From positions 5,758 through 69,757 of the forward strand of contig JBKPTS010000012.1 of NCBI GenBank assembly GCA_046735575.1: a stretch of 64,000 bases of DNA. The letters are read 5' to 3'. Source of the stretch: Actinomycetota bacterium (GTDB lineage: Bacteria > Actinomycetota > Thermoleophilia > Gaiellales > Gaiellaceae). The notes under the pieces are model-generated. The model saw only the letters and a list, made by a program, of their open reading frames with translations, had not been told where the DNA came from and did no database searches. How positions within the stretch are numbered: position 1 is the stretch's first letter; every line of letters starts with the position of its first letter. This document shows positions 34,397 to 44,167 of this stretch, in pieces. The translations under genes were made by a program, and so were the position numbers.

Positions 34397-35023
34397 CTAG
34401 GCCCTGCTGAAGGGGCTGACGCGCGTCGAGAGGACGGAGAAGAGCTGGGCCGCGATCAGGAGCGCGATACTGACGTAGGTGTCGACGGCGCAGAGGGCGA
34501 AGCAGCCGGCGTAGACGACCTGGTAGCCGACGATCCTGCGCCGGTGCAGGAGGTACGCCTCGTCGCCCGCCTCCCCCAGCAGGCGGGCCCGCCTCGCATA
34601 CTCGTTGCTGGCGTAGAGAAAGGCGCCGAGGATCGCCAGGTTCAGCCAGTAGACGCCGAGGGCGAGCCGGAAGCGCACGAACTCGGCGAGCAGCGAGGTC
34701 GAGAACGGCATCAGCGCGACGGCGCAGAGGAACCCGACGTGAATCCAGGCCATGCGCCGGTCGCCGCGCTCGAGCTGGTGGAGCTGCGCCTGCTGTCCGA
34801 GCCAGAAGATCCCGAGGGTGAGGAAGCTCAAGAGGTAGGTCAGAAACTGCGGGCCGAGATCGACGAGGGCGCGCCAGAGCGCGTGCTCCGAGCCGTGCGC
34901 CTCCCGCACGGGCACGCGCAGGTCGAGCACGAGCAGCGTCATCGCGACCGCGAAGATGCCGTCGCTGAGCGCCGCCAGCCGGTCGAGACGCTGGCCCGCG
35001 AGACGGTCGTACGCCCCGGGCAT
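34397..35023 (-). CDS. TMEM175/DUF1211-family putative potassium channel
   Basis: It has the N-terminal signature RLAALSDGIFAVAMTLLVLDL and about six predicted TM helices. Confidence 0.75.
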   Translation of the reverse strand: MPGAYDRLAGQRLDRLAALSDGIFAVAMTLLVLDLRVPVREAHGSEHALWRALVDLGPQFLTYLLSFLTLGIFWLGQQAQLHQLERGDRRMAWIHVGFLCAVALMPFSTSLLAEFVRFRLALGVYWLNLAILGAFLYASNEYARRARLLGEAGDEAYLLHRRRIVGYQVVYAGCFALCAVDTYVSIALLIAAQLFSVLSTRVSPFSRA

Positions 35024-35025
35024 CG

Positions 35026-38000
35026 CTACCGGAGGAGCGCCGGCCCCGCGCAGACGACGTCGAGCGCGGGGCAGTCGGCGCAGACGAAGTCGCCCGGCCG
35101 GGGGCGGAAGTCCCCGGCCCGGATGCGGGCGATCGCCGCCGACAGCTCGGCCTCGAGCGCCGGCAGATCCGCGGCGGTGAACGTCGTCGAGACGACGTCC
35201 TCCGGCCGCTCGAGGAACACGTACGCGACCTCCACCTCCGTGGCGCCGTCGCGGAGGCAGGCGAGGGCGTAGACGAGGCGCTGCGTGCGGTACTCGGCCT
35301 CCACGATCTCCGCCGGCTCGGCGCCCTCGAGAACGTTCGACTTGTAGTCGAGGACGAACGCGCGCGGGCCTTCGCGCCAGAGCACGTCGAGGCGGCCGTG
35401 CAGGAGGACGCCGTCGTGCTCGAAGGTGAAGGCGCGCTCCGCGTGCGCCCCCTCGAGCGCCGCCACCCGCCGCGCGAGCCCGGAGCCGCAGTAGGCCTCG
35501 ACCAGCCGCGCGATGTGGTCGAGCTCCGGCCCGCCGACCCCCGGGTACCAGGTGCGGACGGCGCTCTCGAGCTCCGCGCGCGGAGGCGCGCTCGGGTCGT
35601 CGAGCGGCACGAGCTCGAGCAGGCGGTGGACCGCATCTCCGACCTCCGTGCCGGCGAGGCCTTCCTCCTCGGCAGCGCCGAGCGGAGCCGCGAGCCGCGC
35701 GCGAGGAGGGAGACCGGCCACGCGCTCTGCGAAGTAGCGGTACGAGCAGCGCTCGTAGAGAGCGAGGGCGCTGTACGAGAGCCGGCGCACGTCGTGCAGC
35801 TCAGGCGCCTGCACGGCCGCGAGCTCGGGGAGCTCGATCCCGACGGCCGGGGCGTCGAGCGGGAGCTCGCCGAAGAGCGCGAGCTGCGCGACCCCGCTCT
35901 GGGCTTCCCCCGCGCCGCCCGCGCCTCGTTCGCTCCGGCGGTCGACCCGTAGGAGGAAACGCGCGTCGCCGCGCTCCAGCTCGATCGGCTCCGCTCCCGC
36001 GCCGGCCACCGTCTCGTGAGCCTGGAGGCGGTCGAGCACCCACCCGAGCGGCGTCTCGCGGTCGCTCGCCCGCTCGAGGTCGATCGCCCCGGAGACGACC
36101 AGGCGGTCGATCGCCCGCGTCATCGCCACGTAGTAGAGACGGAGGCGCTCGGCTCGCTCCTCGATCCGCTCGATGTCCCGGACGTCGTCGAAGTCGAAGA
36201 CCGGCTTCCGCTCCCCGCTCGTCGGGTCGACCATGCGGAACCCGAACCTGCCGTCCGAGAGCGCGACGATCTCGTCTCGCCCCCGCGGCCCCCCGGTGTC
36301 GCGGCCGGCGTCGGCGACGATGACGACCTTGAACTCGAGCCCCTTCGCGCCGTGGATCGTGAGCAGGCGGACTGCCCCGGCTCCCTCCTCCTCGGCCACC
36401 GCCTCGAGCTCCTTCGCCCCGAGCGCCTCCTGATCCCGCACGAAGCGAACGAACCCGGCGAGGTCGCTGCCGCGCACGGCCTCGTACTCGCGCGCGAGCC
36501 GCCCGAGCTTCCTGAGGTTCGCGAACCGGCGCGCTCCGTCCCAGCGGGCCAGCACCGCGAGGTCGTAGTCGTGCTCGGCGAGGATCTGCTCGCAGAGCGG
36601 CTCGAGCCGCACGCGCGCGGAGGCCCGCACGAGCCGCTCGTAGCGCTGGCGGAAGGCCCGCAGGAGCCGCTGGTCGTCCGCGCCGAGCCCGTCCGGCAGC
36701 GTCCGCTCGAGCGCCGAGTAGAGCGGGCGGCGAGGGGCGGCGCGGCGAAGGAGGACGAGCGCATCGTTCGAGACGCCGACGAACGGCGAAGCGAGCACGC
36801 TCGCGAGCGCCACGTCGTCGTAGCGGTTGTGCAGCAGCCGCAGGTAGGCGAGGAGGTCCGCGACCTGCTGCTGCCCGAAGTAGCCCCGGCCGGTCGCGCG
36901 GTAGGTCGGAAGCCCCTCGGCTCGCAGCTCCTCCTCGTAGCGCTCCGCGTCCGTGCCTGCGGCGAAGAGGACGACGATCTCGCCCGGCTCCGCCTCGTCG
37001 GAGTCGACGAGCTCCCGCACCCGGCGTGCGATGAGCCGCGCCTCGCCGTCGCGCCAGTGCTCGCCCGAGCCCCGGTAGCTGGCTTTGTCCGTCACGAGCA
37101 GCTCCACCGGGTGGCCGAAGACCGAGTCCGCGAACTCGGCCGACGCGGCGAGCGGCTGGAAGTCGTCGCCGAACTCGCTCGAGAACAGGTGGTTGACCGC
37201 CGCCAGGACCTGCGGCCGGGAGCGGTAGTTGTTCCGCAGCGTGAGGAGGTTCGCGGCCCGGGCGCGCCGCTCGCGGAAGACCTCGACGTCCGCGTGGCGG
37301 AAGCCGTAGATCGACTGGAACTCGTCGCCGACGGTGAACACCTCCGTCTCCTGCGGGTGGGCGACGAGGTCGACGAGCTCGCACTGGAGGCGGTTCGTGT
37401 CCTGGAACTCGTCGACCATGACGAGCCGGAAGCGGAGCTGGATCGCCTCGCGGATCTCGGGGCTCGAGCGCAGCAGGTCGCGGGCCGCGAGCTGCAGGTC
37501 CTCGAAGTCGACCACCGACTCGCGGCGCTTCGCCTCGGCGTACTCGGCGGCGAAGAGCTCGAGCAGCTCCTGCAGGAGGTCGCGGTCCTCCGCCGCGAGC
37601 TCCTCGAGGGCGACTCGCTCGAGCCCTCGCCGTGCATCCTCGTACGACGCGGCGCGAACGCCGCGGCAACGGAGCGCGCTCAGGTCGACCAGCCGCTCCG
37701 GCGGCGGCGCGTTCGCGACGATCCGGAGGGCCTCGGTCGCATTCCCCCGCTGGGTGGCCGTCGCGCCCTCGTCCTCGACGAGGCACTGCGCCGCCTCGCG
37801 GAGCGCCTCGACGGCCTCCGCCAGGCTCGGCCGCTCGCCGAGCCGGAGCACGAGCTCGAGCCCGGCGGAGCGCAGCGTCGCGTACACCCCGGTGAGCATG
37901 CGCCGGAGCCCGTCTGCCCGGTACGTGGCGAGCAGTCGGATCCGCTCGGGCGACTCGTCGGCGCAGAAGCGCTCGAGCGCCCGCTCGAATGCCTCGCCGC

Positions 38001-38388
38001 GGAGAACCGCGGCGCCCGCTTCCTCGAGCTCGCGAAAGCGGGGATCGAGCCCGACGGGGAACGGATGCCGCTTGAGCAGGCGGTTGCAGAACCCGTGAAT
38101 CGTGGAGATCCAGGCGCCGTCGAGCTCGCGCGCGAGGTCGGTGCGGCCTCGCTCGAGGAGCGCCGCGCGGATGCGGGTGCGCAGCTCGCCGGCGGCCTTC
38201 CGCGTGTAGGTGATGACGAGGATCGAGTCGGGATCGAGGCCGAGGTCGCACACGGCGCGGACGTAGCGCTCGACGAGCACCGACGTCTTGCCCGTGCCTG
38301 CGCCCGCGGAGACGAAGACGTTCCCCTCCGCCTCGACGGCGGCCAGCTGCTCGTCGTTCAGGCCGGCCGCGGACTCGACGACGGTCAT
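35026..38388 (-). CDS. addA: UvrD/Rep-type helicase with C-terminal RecB-type nuclease (AddA/RecB-like subunit)
   Basis: Motifs are Walker A GAGTGKT, the UvrD helicase motifs (VDEFQDTN, TIHGAKGLEF) and the C-terminal PD-(D/E)xK segment LDYKSN. A GGAGG SD sequence lies upstream of ATG 38388. Confidence 0.85.
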   Translation of the reverse strand: MTVVESAAGLNDEQLAAVEAEGNVFVSAGAGTGKTSVLVERYVRAVCDLGLDPDSILVITYTRKAAGELRTRIRAALLERGRTDLARELDGAWISTIHGFCNRLLKRHPFPVGLDPRFRELEEAGAAVLRGEAFERALERFCADESPERIRLLATYRADGLRRMLTGVYATLRSAGLELVLRLGERPSLAEAVEALREAAQCLVEDEGATATQRGNATEALRIVANAPPPERLVDLSALRCRGVRAASYEDARRGLERVALEELAAEDRDLLQELLELFAAEYAEAKRRESVVDFEDLQLAARDLLRSSPEIREAIQLRFRLVMVDEFQDTNRLQCELVDLVAHPQETEVFTVGDEFQSIYGFRHADVEVFRERRARAANLLTLRNNYRSRPQVLAAVNHLFSSEFGDDFQPLAASAEFADSVFGHPVELLVTDKASYRGSGEHWRDGEARLIARRVRELVDSDEAEPGEIVVLFAAGTDAERYEEELRAEGLPTYRATGRGYFGQQQVADLLAYLRLLHNRYDDVALASVLASPFVGVSNDALVLLRRAAPRRPLYSALERTLPDGLGADDQRLLRAFRQRYERLVRASARVRLEPLCEQILAEHDYDLAVLARWDGARRFANLRKLGRLAREYEAVRGSDLAGFVRFVRDQEALGAKELEAVAEEEGAGAVRLLTIHGAKGLEFKVVIVADAGRDTGGPRGRDEIVALSDGRFGFRMVDPTSGERKPVFDFDDVRDIERIEERAERLRLYYVAMTRAIDRLVVSGAIDLERASDRETPLGWVLDRLQAHETVAGAGAEPIELERGDARFLLRVDRRSERGAGGAGEAQSGVAQLALFGELPLDAPAVGIELPELAAVQAPELHDVRRLSYSALALYERCSYRYFAERVAGLPPRARLAAPLGAAEEEGLAGTEVGDAVHRLLELVPLDDPSAPPRAELESAVRTWYPGVGGPELDHIARLVEAYCGSGLARRVAALEGAHAERAFTFEHDGVLLHGRLDVLWREGPRAFVLDYKSNVLEGAEPAEIVEAEYRTQRLVYALACLRDGATEVEVAYVFLERPEDVVSTTFTAADLPALEAELSAAIARIRAGDFRPRPGDFVCADCPALDVVCAGPALLR

Positions 38389-38515
38389 GCGCCGCCTCCG
38401 GGTGGCCCATGACCGGGGAGGGGTGTGGGGACCCTCGAGAAGAAGGGGGCTAGCGGGGGAAACATGGTTTCCGTTCGCCCACTTCCTGGCGAACGCGAGC
38501 CGGAGGCGAGCGTGG

Positions 38516-41440
38516 TCATGTTCTGCTCACGCGGCAGATCGGCCAGAGGTCGCACCAGGCGGGGCAGCCGTCGCCCTTCGGGTCGTGGCGCACGTCGCCG
38601 GCGCGGATGCGCTGGGCGTACTCCGACGCGCGCTCGCGCGCCGTCTCGGTCAGCGCCCAGAAATCGTCCTCGGGCAGGTAGTCGTCCTTCGCGAAGCCCG
38701 GCAGGTCCTCCCGCGCCGACTCCCGCAGCATCCCCCGCGTGACGCGCTTGCCGGACAGCGCGCGGTAGATGCCGCCGAGCGGCTCGACCCCGACGAGGTC
38801 TCGGAGGACGAGCGAGTAGAGCGGGATCTGGAGCCTTCGCTCGCGGTCGATCTCCCGTGCGGAGTGCGCACCCGCTCCCGACTTGTAGTCCTGGACGATG
38901 CCGCGAGCGCTCCACGGGTCGACGTCGATGCGGTCGATCTTCCCCGAGAGATGGAGCCCGTCACCGAGCGCGAGGCCCCGCTGCAGTTCCGGCGCGGCAC
39001 GGTCGGAGCCGAACGCGACCTCGAGCCTGCGCGGCACGAAGGTCAGGTCCGATTCGGACTCGTCGCGGAGGAACCCTTCGAGATCGGCGAGGAGCGTGTG
39101 CCGCAGCTCGGCACGCTCGAGCGCGGTGAGCTCGAGCCGCACGCCCGACTCGAAGGCCTCGTCGAGGCACCGCCGGAGGAGCCCGAGCGCGGCCTCGACG
39201 TTCTCCGGCGTCACCCGCTCGGAGTCGAGCTCTCGCGGAAGCAGCGAGTAGAAGCGGTTCAGCGTCGTGTGCGCCACCTGCCCGCGCAGGAGCGCGTCCG
39301 GCTGGGCGTCGATCGTCTTCGGGTCGATGATCCGCTCGACGAGCCACGCGGAGGAGCAGTCCGCGAAGCGCTCCAGCTCGGTCGCGGAGAACATCGTCCG
39401 CTCGGACATCCAGGAGAGGACTGCGGGGCTCCGCAGCCGGGTGGTGCGGTCGAAGGCGGAACGCGCCCGGTCGAGCCGGCGCGACCACCCGTTAGCCGCA
39501 GCGAGGGCCGCCGCCGAGCCCGCGTCGTCGACGACGAGCCGGGCGACCGACCGCAGGCGCTCGCGCTCGCTCGGCGCGGTCTCCAGCGTCCAGGTGAGGC
39601 TCGAGAGCGCACGGCGGCGAGTCGCGCGAGCGACCTCGTCCGGGTCGAAGAGCGCGCGGACGTCGGACCAGAAGGGGCTCGCCTCCAGCGGCACGCCCTC
39701 GTCGTTCGCGGCTTCGCGGACGAGGACGAGCCGGCGCGCCGCGCGCGTGCACGCCGTGTAGAAGAGGTAGCGGTCGCGCGACACGGCGTCCGGCCGCTCG
39801 AGCCTGCCTTCGAGCGCTCGTCTCGAGTCGTCGTCGAGGAACGGCGACGGTCGCTCGCGGCGCGGAAAGCCGCCCTCCTCGAGCCCGAGCAGGAAGACGG
39901 CCTCGAAGGGGCGCGTTCTGGCGCGCTCGTAGTCGAGGACGACGACGCGGCCGCTCTCCCCGGCGCCGACGGGACGGACGAGCGTCGACTCGAGGGCCGC
40001 CGAGACGTCGTCCGGCGCGACGGATTCGCTTCCGGTCGATGCGAGCTGCTCGAGCTCGCCGAGCGTTCGCACGACGGACTCGTACGCTCTCGCGTCGGCG
40101 CGCGCCTCGTCCGTGACGGGAGGCGACTCGAGGCCCCACGCGTTCCGCAGCATCGTGCGCGCGAGCGTCCGCACGGCGGCGACCGGATCGCTCTCCTCCC
40201 GGAGCCCGCCGAGCGCGGGCAGCGGCTCTCCGCGCAGCCGTGCGCTCTCCTCTTCGATGCGGCGGGGATCGCGGACGGCGCGGCCACGCAGGCGGCCCTC
40301 GACGAAGTCGACCGCACGCCGTTCGAGGCCGGAGAACGGCGAGCGGAGAAAGGCGAACAGGTGGCCGCGGGTGCCGCCGCTCCAGGCGTAGCGAAGCAAC
40401 GCGAGGAGGGCGCGCCCGAACGGCGTCTCGCCGAGACGTGCCCGGCGTTCCACCGCGTACGGGACGCCGATCGCCGGAAAGACCGCGTCGAAGAGCGTGC
40501 GCCAGCGCTCGATCGAGTCGCAGACGATCCCGACGTGCTCGGCGGGCGTGCCGGCGCGGAGGAGCGCGATCACCTCGGCCGCGACGAGCTCGGTCGTGGC
40601 GCGACCACCCGCCGCCTCGAGGAAGCGAAGCGAGCCGTCGAGGGCAGGCGCCGACGGCGGCTCGGCGTCCGCGAAGAGCGCGCGCTCCAGGTGCGCGAGG
40701 GGAGGCGGCGCGAAGCGGGCCATGCCCGGAGGCAGCTCCTCGATCGCGGCGCGGGCGAGCCCCGCCAGGTCGCTCACGGTCCGCTCGAGGGAGGCGAAGG
40801 CTGCCCGCGCCGGCTCGTACGGCACGGAGACGGTCACGTCGGCGCGGCCGGCGAGCGTCTCGAGGAGCCGCCACTCCGCGGCCGTCAGGTCCTCGAACCC
40901 GTACGCGAAGACCGGCGCCCCGTGCCAGGCGCCGAGGTCGCCTTCGAGCCGCTCCACGGCTCGCCGCCGCAGCAGGCCCCGGTCCCAGAGCTCGAGCCGG
41001 TCGAGCTCTGCCTCGTACGCCCGCACGAGCAAGGCGATGTCGCCGTCGAGCCGGGACGGGTCGACGAGCGCGGAGCCGAACTCGTCGAGGGCGGCGAGGA
41101 GCGAGAGCGCGAACCCCTGCGACCGCGACGACCCCTGTACGTCCCCGAGCGACGCGCGCGCGATCGCACGCCGCACGGCGACGGCGCGCTGGATCTCGCT
41201 CGCGACGGGCCGCGCCGCCGCGTCGCCGGCGGTCAGGCTCGCGAAGAGGTCGTCGAAGGTTCCGATCCGGCCGGCGAGGAGCGCAGGCTTCCGCCGCAGC
41301 AGATCGCGCTCCACGCGCTCGACGTCGCCGCGATTCGGCACGACGAGCCAGGGATCCCGCTCGAGCACGGCCAGATACCGCTCGAGGAGCAGCCCGACTT
41401 TGCCGGCGTGCGCCGGCCCCACGACGAGCGCGAGCGCCAT
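38516..41440 (-). CDS. addB: AddB-type helicase-nuclease subunit with Fe-S cluster nuclease domain
   Basis: It has a degenerate P-loop GPAHAGKV, the nuclease motif QDYKSG, and the AddB-type Cys arrangement (FADCSSAW ... CPAWCDLWPIC). Confidence 0.8.
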   Translation of the reverse strand: MALALVVGPAHAGKVGLLLERYLAVLERDPWLVVPNRGDVERVERDLLRRKPALLAGRIGTFDDLFASLTAGDAAARPVASEIQRAVAVRRAIARASLGDVQGSSRSQGFALSLLAALDEFGSALVDPSRLDGDIALLVRAYEAELDRLELWDRGLLRRRAVERLEGDLGAWHGAPVFAYGFEDLTAAEWRLLETLAGRADVTVSVPYEPARAAFASLERTVSDLAGLARAAIEELPPGMARFAPPPLAHLERALFADAEPPSAPALDGSLRFLEAAGGRATTELVAAEVIALLRAGTPAEHVGIVCDSIERWRTLFDAVFPAIGVPYAVERRARLGETPFGRALLALLRYAWSGGTRGHLFAFLRSPFSGLERRAVDFVEGRLRGRAVRDPRRIEEESARLRGEPLPALGGLREESDPVAAVRTLARTMLRNAWGLESPPVTDEARADARAYESVVRTLGELEQLASTGSESVAPDDVSAALESTLVRPVGAGESGRVVVLDYERARTRPFEAVFLLGLEEGGFPRRERPSPFLDDDSRRALEGRLERPDAVSRDRYLFYTACTRAARRLVLVREAANDEGVPLEASPFWSDVRALFDPDEVARATRRRALSSLTWTLETAPSERERLRSVARLVVDDAGSAAALAAANGWSRRLDRARSAFDRTTRLRSPAVLSWMSERTMFSATELERFADCSSAWLVERIIDPKTIDAQPDALLRGQVAHTTLNRFYSLLPRELDSERVTPENVEAALGLLRRCLDEAFESGVRLELTALERAELRHTLLADLEGFLRDESESDLTFVPRRLEVAFGSDRAAPELQRGLALGDGLHLSGKIDRIDVDPWSARGIVQDYKSGAGAHSAREIDRERRLQIPLYSLVLRDLVGVEPLGGIYRALSGKRVTRGMLRESAREDLPGFAKDDYLPEDDFWALTETARERASEYAQRIRAGDVRHDPKGDGCPAWCDLWPICRVSRT

Positions 41441-41519
41441 CCGCCCATCGTAGTCCTGGCCTCCGACGCTCTTTCGTACGCGCCGGGCTCAGGAACGCAA
41501 AGTGCGCGAAAGTCGTGTC

Positions 41520-41723
41520 TCAGGCGGCGGCTGCTGCTGCTTTCGGCCGGCGACCCCGCCGCGCGGCGGCATGTCCGGGCATTCCTCCCGCGCAGTTGTC
41601 GCAGAGATCCGCTTGCTTCGATCCGCGGCGGGCGTCGGTGAAGTTGATGCGCATGACGGCGCCTTTCCCCTCCGCGACTTCCTTGCCGCAGTTGTCGCAC
41701 ACGAGAATCGTCTTTCGCGCCAC
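41520..41723 (-). CDS. Small 4-Cys zinc-ribbon protein with a basic AT-hook-like tail (hypothetical)
   Basis: The 67-aa product has two CDNC motifs 32 residues apart and a tail RRGRRPKAAAAAA. It lies in a locally lower-GC intergenic context, 79 nt upstream of addB on the same strand. Confidence 0.6.
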   Translation of the reverse strand: MARKTILVCDNCGKEVAEGKGAVMRINFTDARRGSKQADLCDNCAGGMPGHAAARRGRRPKAAAAAA

Positions 41724-41830
41724 GATTTTCCTCCTGGCTTCTGGTGAGCAGGCAGATTAGACCAAAGACTGGGCCGAGGGAAATCGAGATGAAAAGCGCT
41801 CATCTGTTTTCGGACACCATGCCAGCCGAG

Positions 41831-41836
41831 TAGGAT
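41831..41836 (+). promoter_or_regulatory. Candidate -10 hexamer TAGGAT for a leaderless transcript at GTG 41843
   Basis: A TANNNT hexamer lies exactly 6 nt upstream of the start codon, within a 119-bp region of lower GC between divergent genes. Confidence 0.45.
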
Positions 41837-41842
41837 CGCACC

Positions 41843-42910
41843 GTGCTCGAGATCGTCGTCCTCGAAGGGGACCAAACAGGACAGGAACTGCTCGAGGAGG
41901 CATTGCGCGTCCTCGCACCCGCCGTGACGGGAATCGAGTTGACGTTTCCGCGCTTCGATCTCTCCCTCGAATCCCGCCGCGCGACGAAGAACGCGGTGGT
42001 CCACGAGGCCGCCATGGCCATCCGGGAGAAGGGGTACGGATTGAAGGCCGCGACCGTCACGCCGGAGGGCAGCGGGGACGTGGGCTCGCCGAACCGGATC
42101 CTGCGCGAGGAGATCGGCGGCAAGGTCATCGTCCGCACCGGCCGCCGGATCCCCGGCGTCGTCCCGCTCGGGGGCGTTCATGCCCCCATCTCCGTCGTGC
42201 GCATGGCGGTCGGCGACGCGTACGGCGCGAAGGAATGGCGCGAGGGAGAGGGCGACGAGGAGGCCGCCTTTCGCACCGAGCGAATCGAGCGGCGCATCTG
42301 CCATGCCGTCGCCGAGTTCTCGTTCAGGCAGGCGGAGCGGACCGGTGCGAAGGTCTTCGGCGGCCCGAAGTACACCGTCAGCCCGATCTACGAAGGGATG
42401 CTCAAGGAGGAGATGGACGCCGCTGCGGCGCGGCACCCGCAGGTGCCGTACGAGCCGCAGCTGATCGACGCGACCTTCGCGCTCCTGATCTCGTCGAGCG
42501 GAGCGCCGATGGTCATTCCCGCTCTCAACCGCGACGGAGACATCCTCTCCGATCTGGTGCTGCCGCTCTTCGGCTCGATCGCCGGATCCGAGTCGCTCCT
42601 CGTCGCGTTCGGCGACGACTACGTGCCGAGCGCGCTCATGGCCGAGGCTGCCCACGGCACGGCGCCCGCCCTCGAGGGCAAGGACGTGGCGAACCCGATG
42701 GCGATGATCCTCGCGGGCGCCGCCCTCCTCTCCCACGCCGACGACGCGGCGACCCAGCTCTCCGGGCGGGCGATCCGCGAGGCCTGTCTGGAGGCGGTGG
42801 CCGACGGCGTCCGCACCGCCGACCTGGGCGGCCACCAGGGCACGCGCGAGTTCACGGACGAGGTCATCCGCCGGACGAAGACAAAGCTCGAGGTCTGGTC
42901 GAGCCTCTAG
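41843..42910 (+). CDS. Isocitrate/isopropylmalate dehydrogenase family protein
   Basis: Family-typical segments are NRDGDILSDL, AEAAHGTAP and a C-terminal T.DLGG. The substrate was not determined. Confidence 0.8.
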   Translation: MLEIVVLEGDQTGQELLEEALRVLAPAVTGIELTFPRFDLSLESRRATKNAVVHEAAMAIREKGYGLKAATVTPEGSGDVGSPNRILREEIGGKVIVRTGRRIPGVVPLGGVHAPISVVRMAVGDAYGAKEWREGEGDEEAAFRTERIERRICHAVAEFSFRQAERTGAKVFGGPKYTVSPIYEGMLKEEMDAAAARHPQVPYEPQLIDATFALLISSSGAPMVIPALNRDGDILSDLVLPLFGSIAGSESLLVAFGDDYVPSALMAEAAHGTAPALEGKDVANPMAMILAGAALLSHADDAATQLSGRAIREACLEAVADGVRTADLGGHQGTREFTDEVIRRTKTKLEVWSSL

Positions 42911-43013
42911 GGGTCAGACCCCGGATTTCTCCCGTTTCGCCCCGAAGCGGCGTCGAGACGGTGGATTCGGCTGACCGAGGTGTCCCTTCGGGACGCGGCC
43001 GGGGTCTGACCCC
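42910..43013. repeat. REP/MITE-like intergenic element, copy 2: perfect 15-bp terminal inverted repeats (GGGGTCAGACCCCGG) around a 74-bp core
   Basis: The arms at 42910-42924 and 42999-43013 are exact reverse complements and share the GGGGTCAGACCCCGG core with copy 1. The internal hairpins are different. The element starts at the last base of the upstream stop codon. Confidence 0.7.
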
Positions 43014-43072
43014 GGCCACCGGCGGTTGTCGCCGCGGCCGTGCGGGACACCCGCATAGAGTTCCCGGCCGCC

Positions 43073-44167
43073 ATGCGAGTCGCGGTCCCGAGGGAGACGG
43101 CTCCCGGTGAGCGTCGCGTGGCGCTCGTTCCCGAGACGGTCTCGAAGCTGCGCGAGTCCGGATTCGAGGTTCGCGTCGAGCGCGGAGCAGGCGCGGCGGC
43201 CGGGTTCCCCGACGACCTCTACGAGGCCGCCGGAGCCGAGCTCGCGGCGGCAGACGAGCTCGCCCGAGACGCTACCGTCGTCGCGTGCGTCGCGAAGCCG
43301 GCGGCGGCGCGGGTCGCGACGCTGGCCGAGGGCACGGTCCTCATCGGCTTCCTGCAGCCGCTCACGGACCGGGAGGGAATCGAGCAGCTGCGCGAGCGGG
43401 GCGTCATCGCGTTCGCGATGGAGTCCGTCCCACGCATCACACGCGCCCAGGCGATGGACGCGCTCTCGTCCCAGGCGACGGTCGCCGGCTACAAGGCCGT
43501 GCTGCTCGCCGCGGACCGCGTGCCGAAGCTCTTCCCCATGCTGATGACCGCCGCCGGGACGATCGCGCCGGTGCGGGCGCTCGTGATCGGAGCGGGCGTC
43601 GCCGGCCTGCAGGCGATCGCCACGGCCCGCCGCCTCGGCGCGGTCGTCTCCGCGTTCGACGTTCGGCCCGCGGTGAAGGAGCAGGTCGAGAGCCTCGGCG
43701 CCTCGTTCCTCGAGCTGGGCGTGCGCGTCGAGGAGACCGAAGGCGGCTACGCGCGCGAGCTGACGAGCGAGCAGCAGGCCGAGCAGCAGGCCGCGCTCGA
43801 GGAGCGGATTCCCGACTTCGACGTCGTGGTCACCACGGCCGCGGTTCCCGGGCGGCCCGCGCCGCGTCTGATCCCCGCGAGCGCGGTCGAGCGCATGCGC
43901 CCCGGCTCCGTGATCGTCGACCTCGCTGCCGAGACGGGCGGCAACTGCGAGCTGACGAAGCCGGGCGAGGTGGTCGAGCAGGGCCGAGTCACGATCGACG
44001 GAACGACGAACCTTCCGTCGCTCATGGCCTTCCACGCGAGTCAGCTGTACTCGCGAAACGTCGAGGCGCTGCTCAGGCACCTCGCCCCGGAAGGAGAGCT
44101 GGTGCTCGACTGGGAGGACGAGATCACTGCCGGCACGTGCGTCACGAGGCCGGAGCAGGCGACGTGA
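43073..44167 (+). CDS. pntAA: NAD(P) transhydrogenase subunit alpha, part 1 (dI domain)
   Basis: The N-terminus is MRVAVPRETAPGERRVALVP. The alanine-dehydrogenase/PNT fold and the Rossmann segment VIGAGVAGLQAI are present. GTG 43040 is an alternative start. Confidence 0.9.
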   Translation: MRVAVPRETAPGERRVALVPETVSKLRESGFEVRVERGAGAAAGFPDDLYEAAGAELAAADELARDATVVACVAKPAAARVATLAEGTVLIGFLQPLTDREGIEQLRERGVIAFAMESVPRITRAQAMDALSSQATVAGYKAVLLAADRVPKLFPMLMTAAGTIAPVRALVIGAGVAGLQAIATARRLGAVVSAFDVRPAVKEQVESLGASFLELGVRVEETEGGYARELTSEQQAEQQAALEERIPDFDVVVTTAAVPGRPAPRLIPASAVERMRPGSVIVDLAAETGGNCELTKPGEVVEQGRVTIDGTTNLPSLMAFHASQLYSRNVEALLRHLAPEGELVLDWEDEITAGTCVTRPEQAT

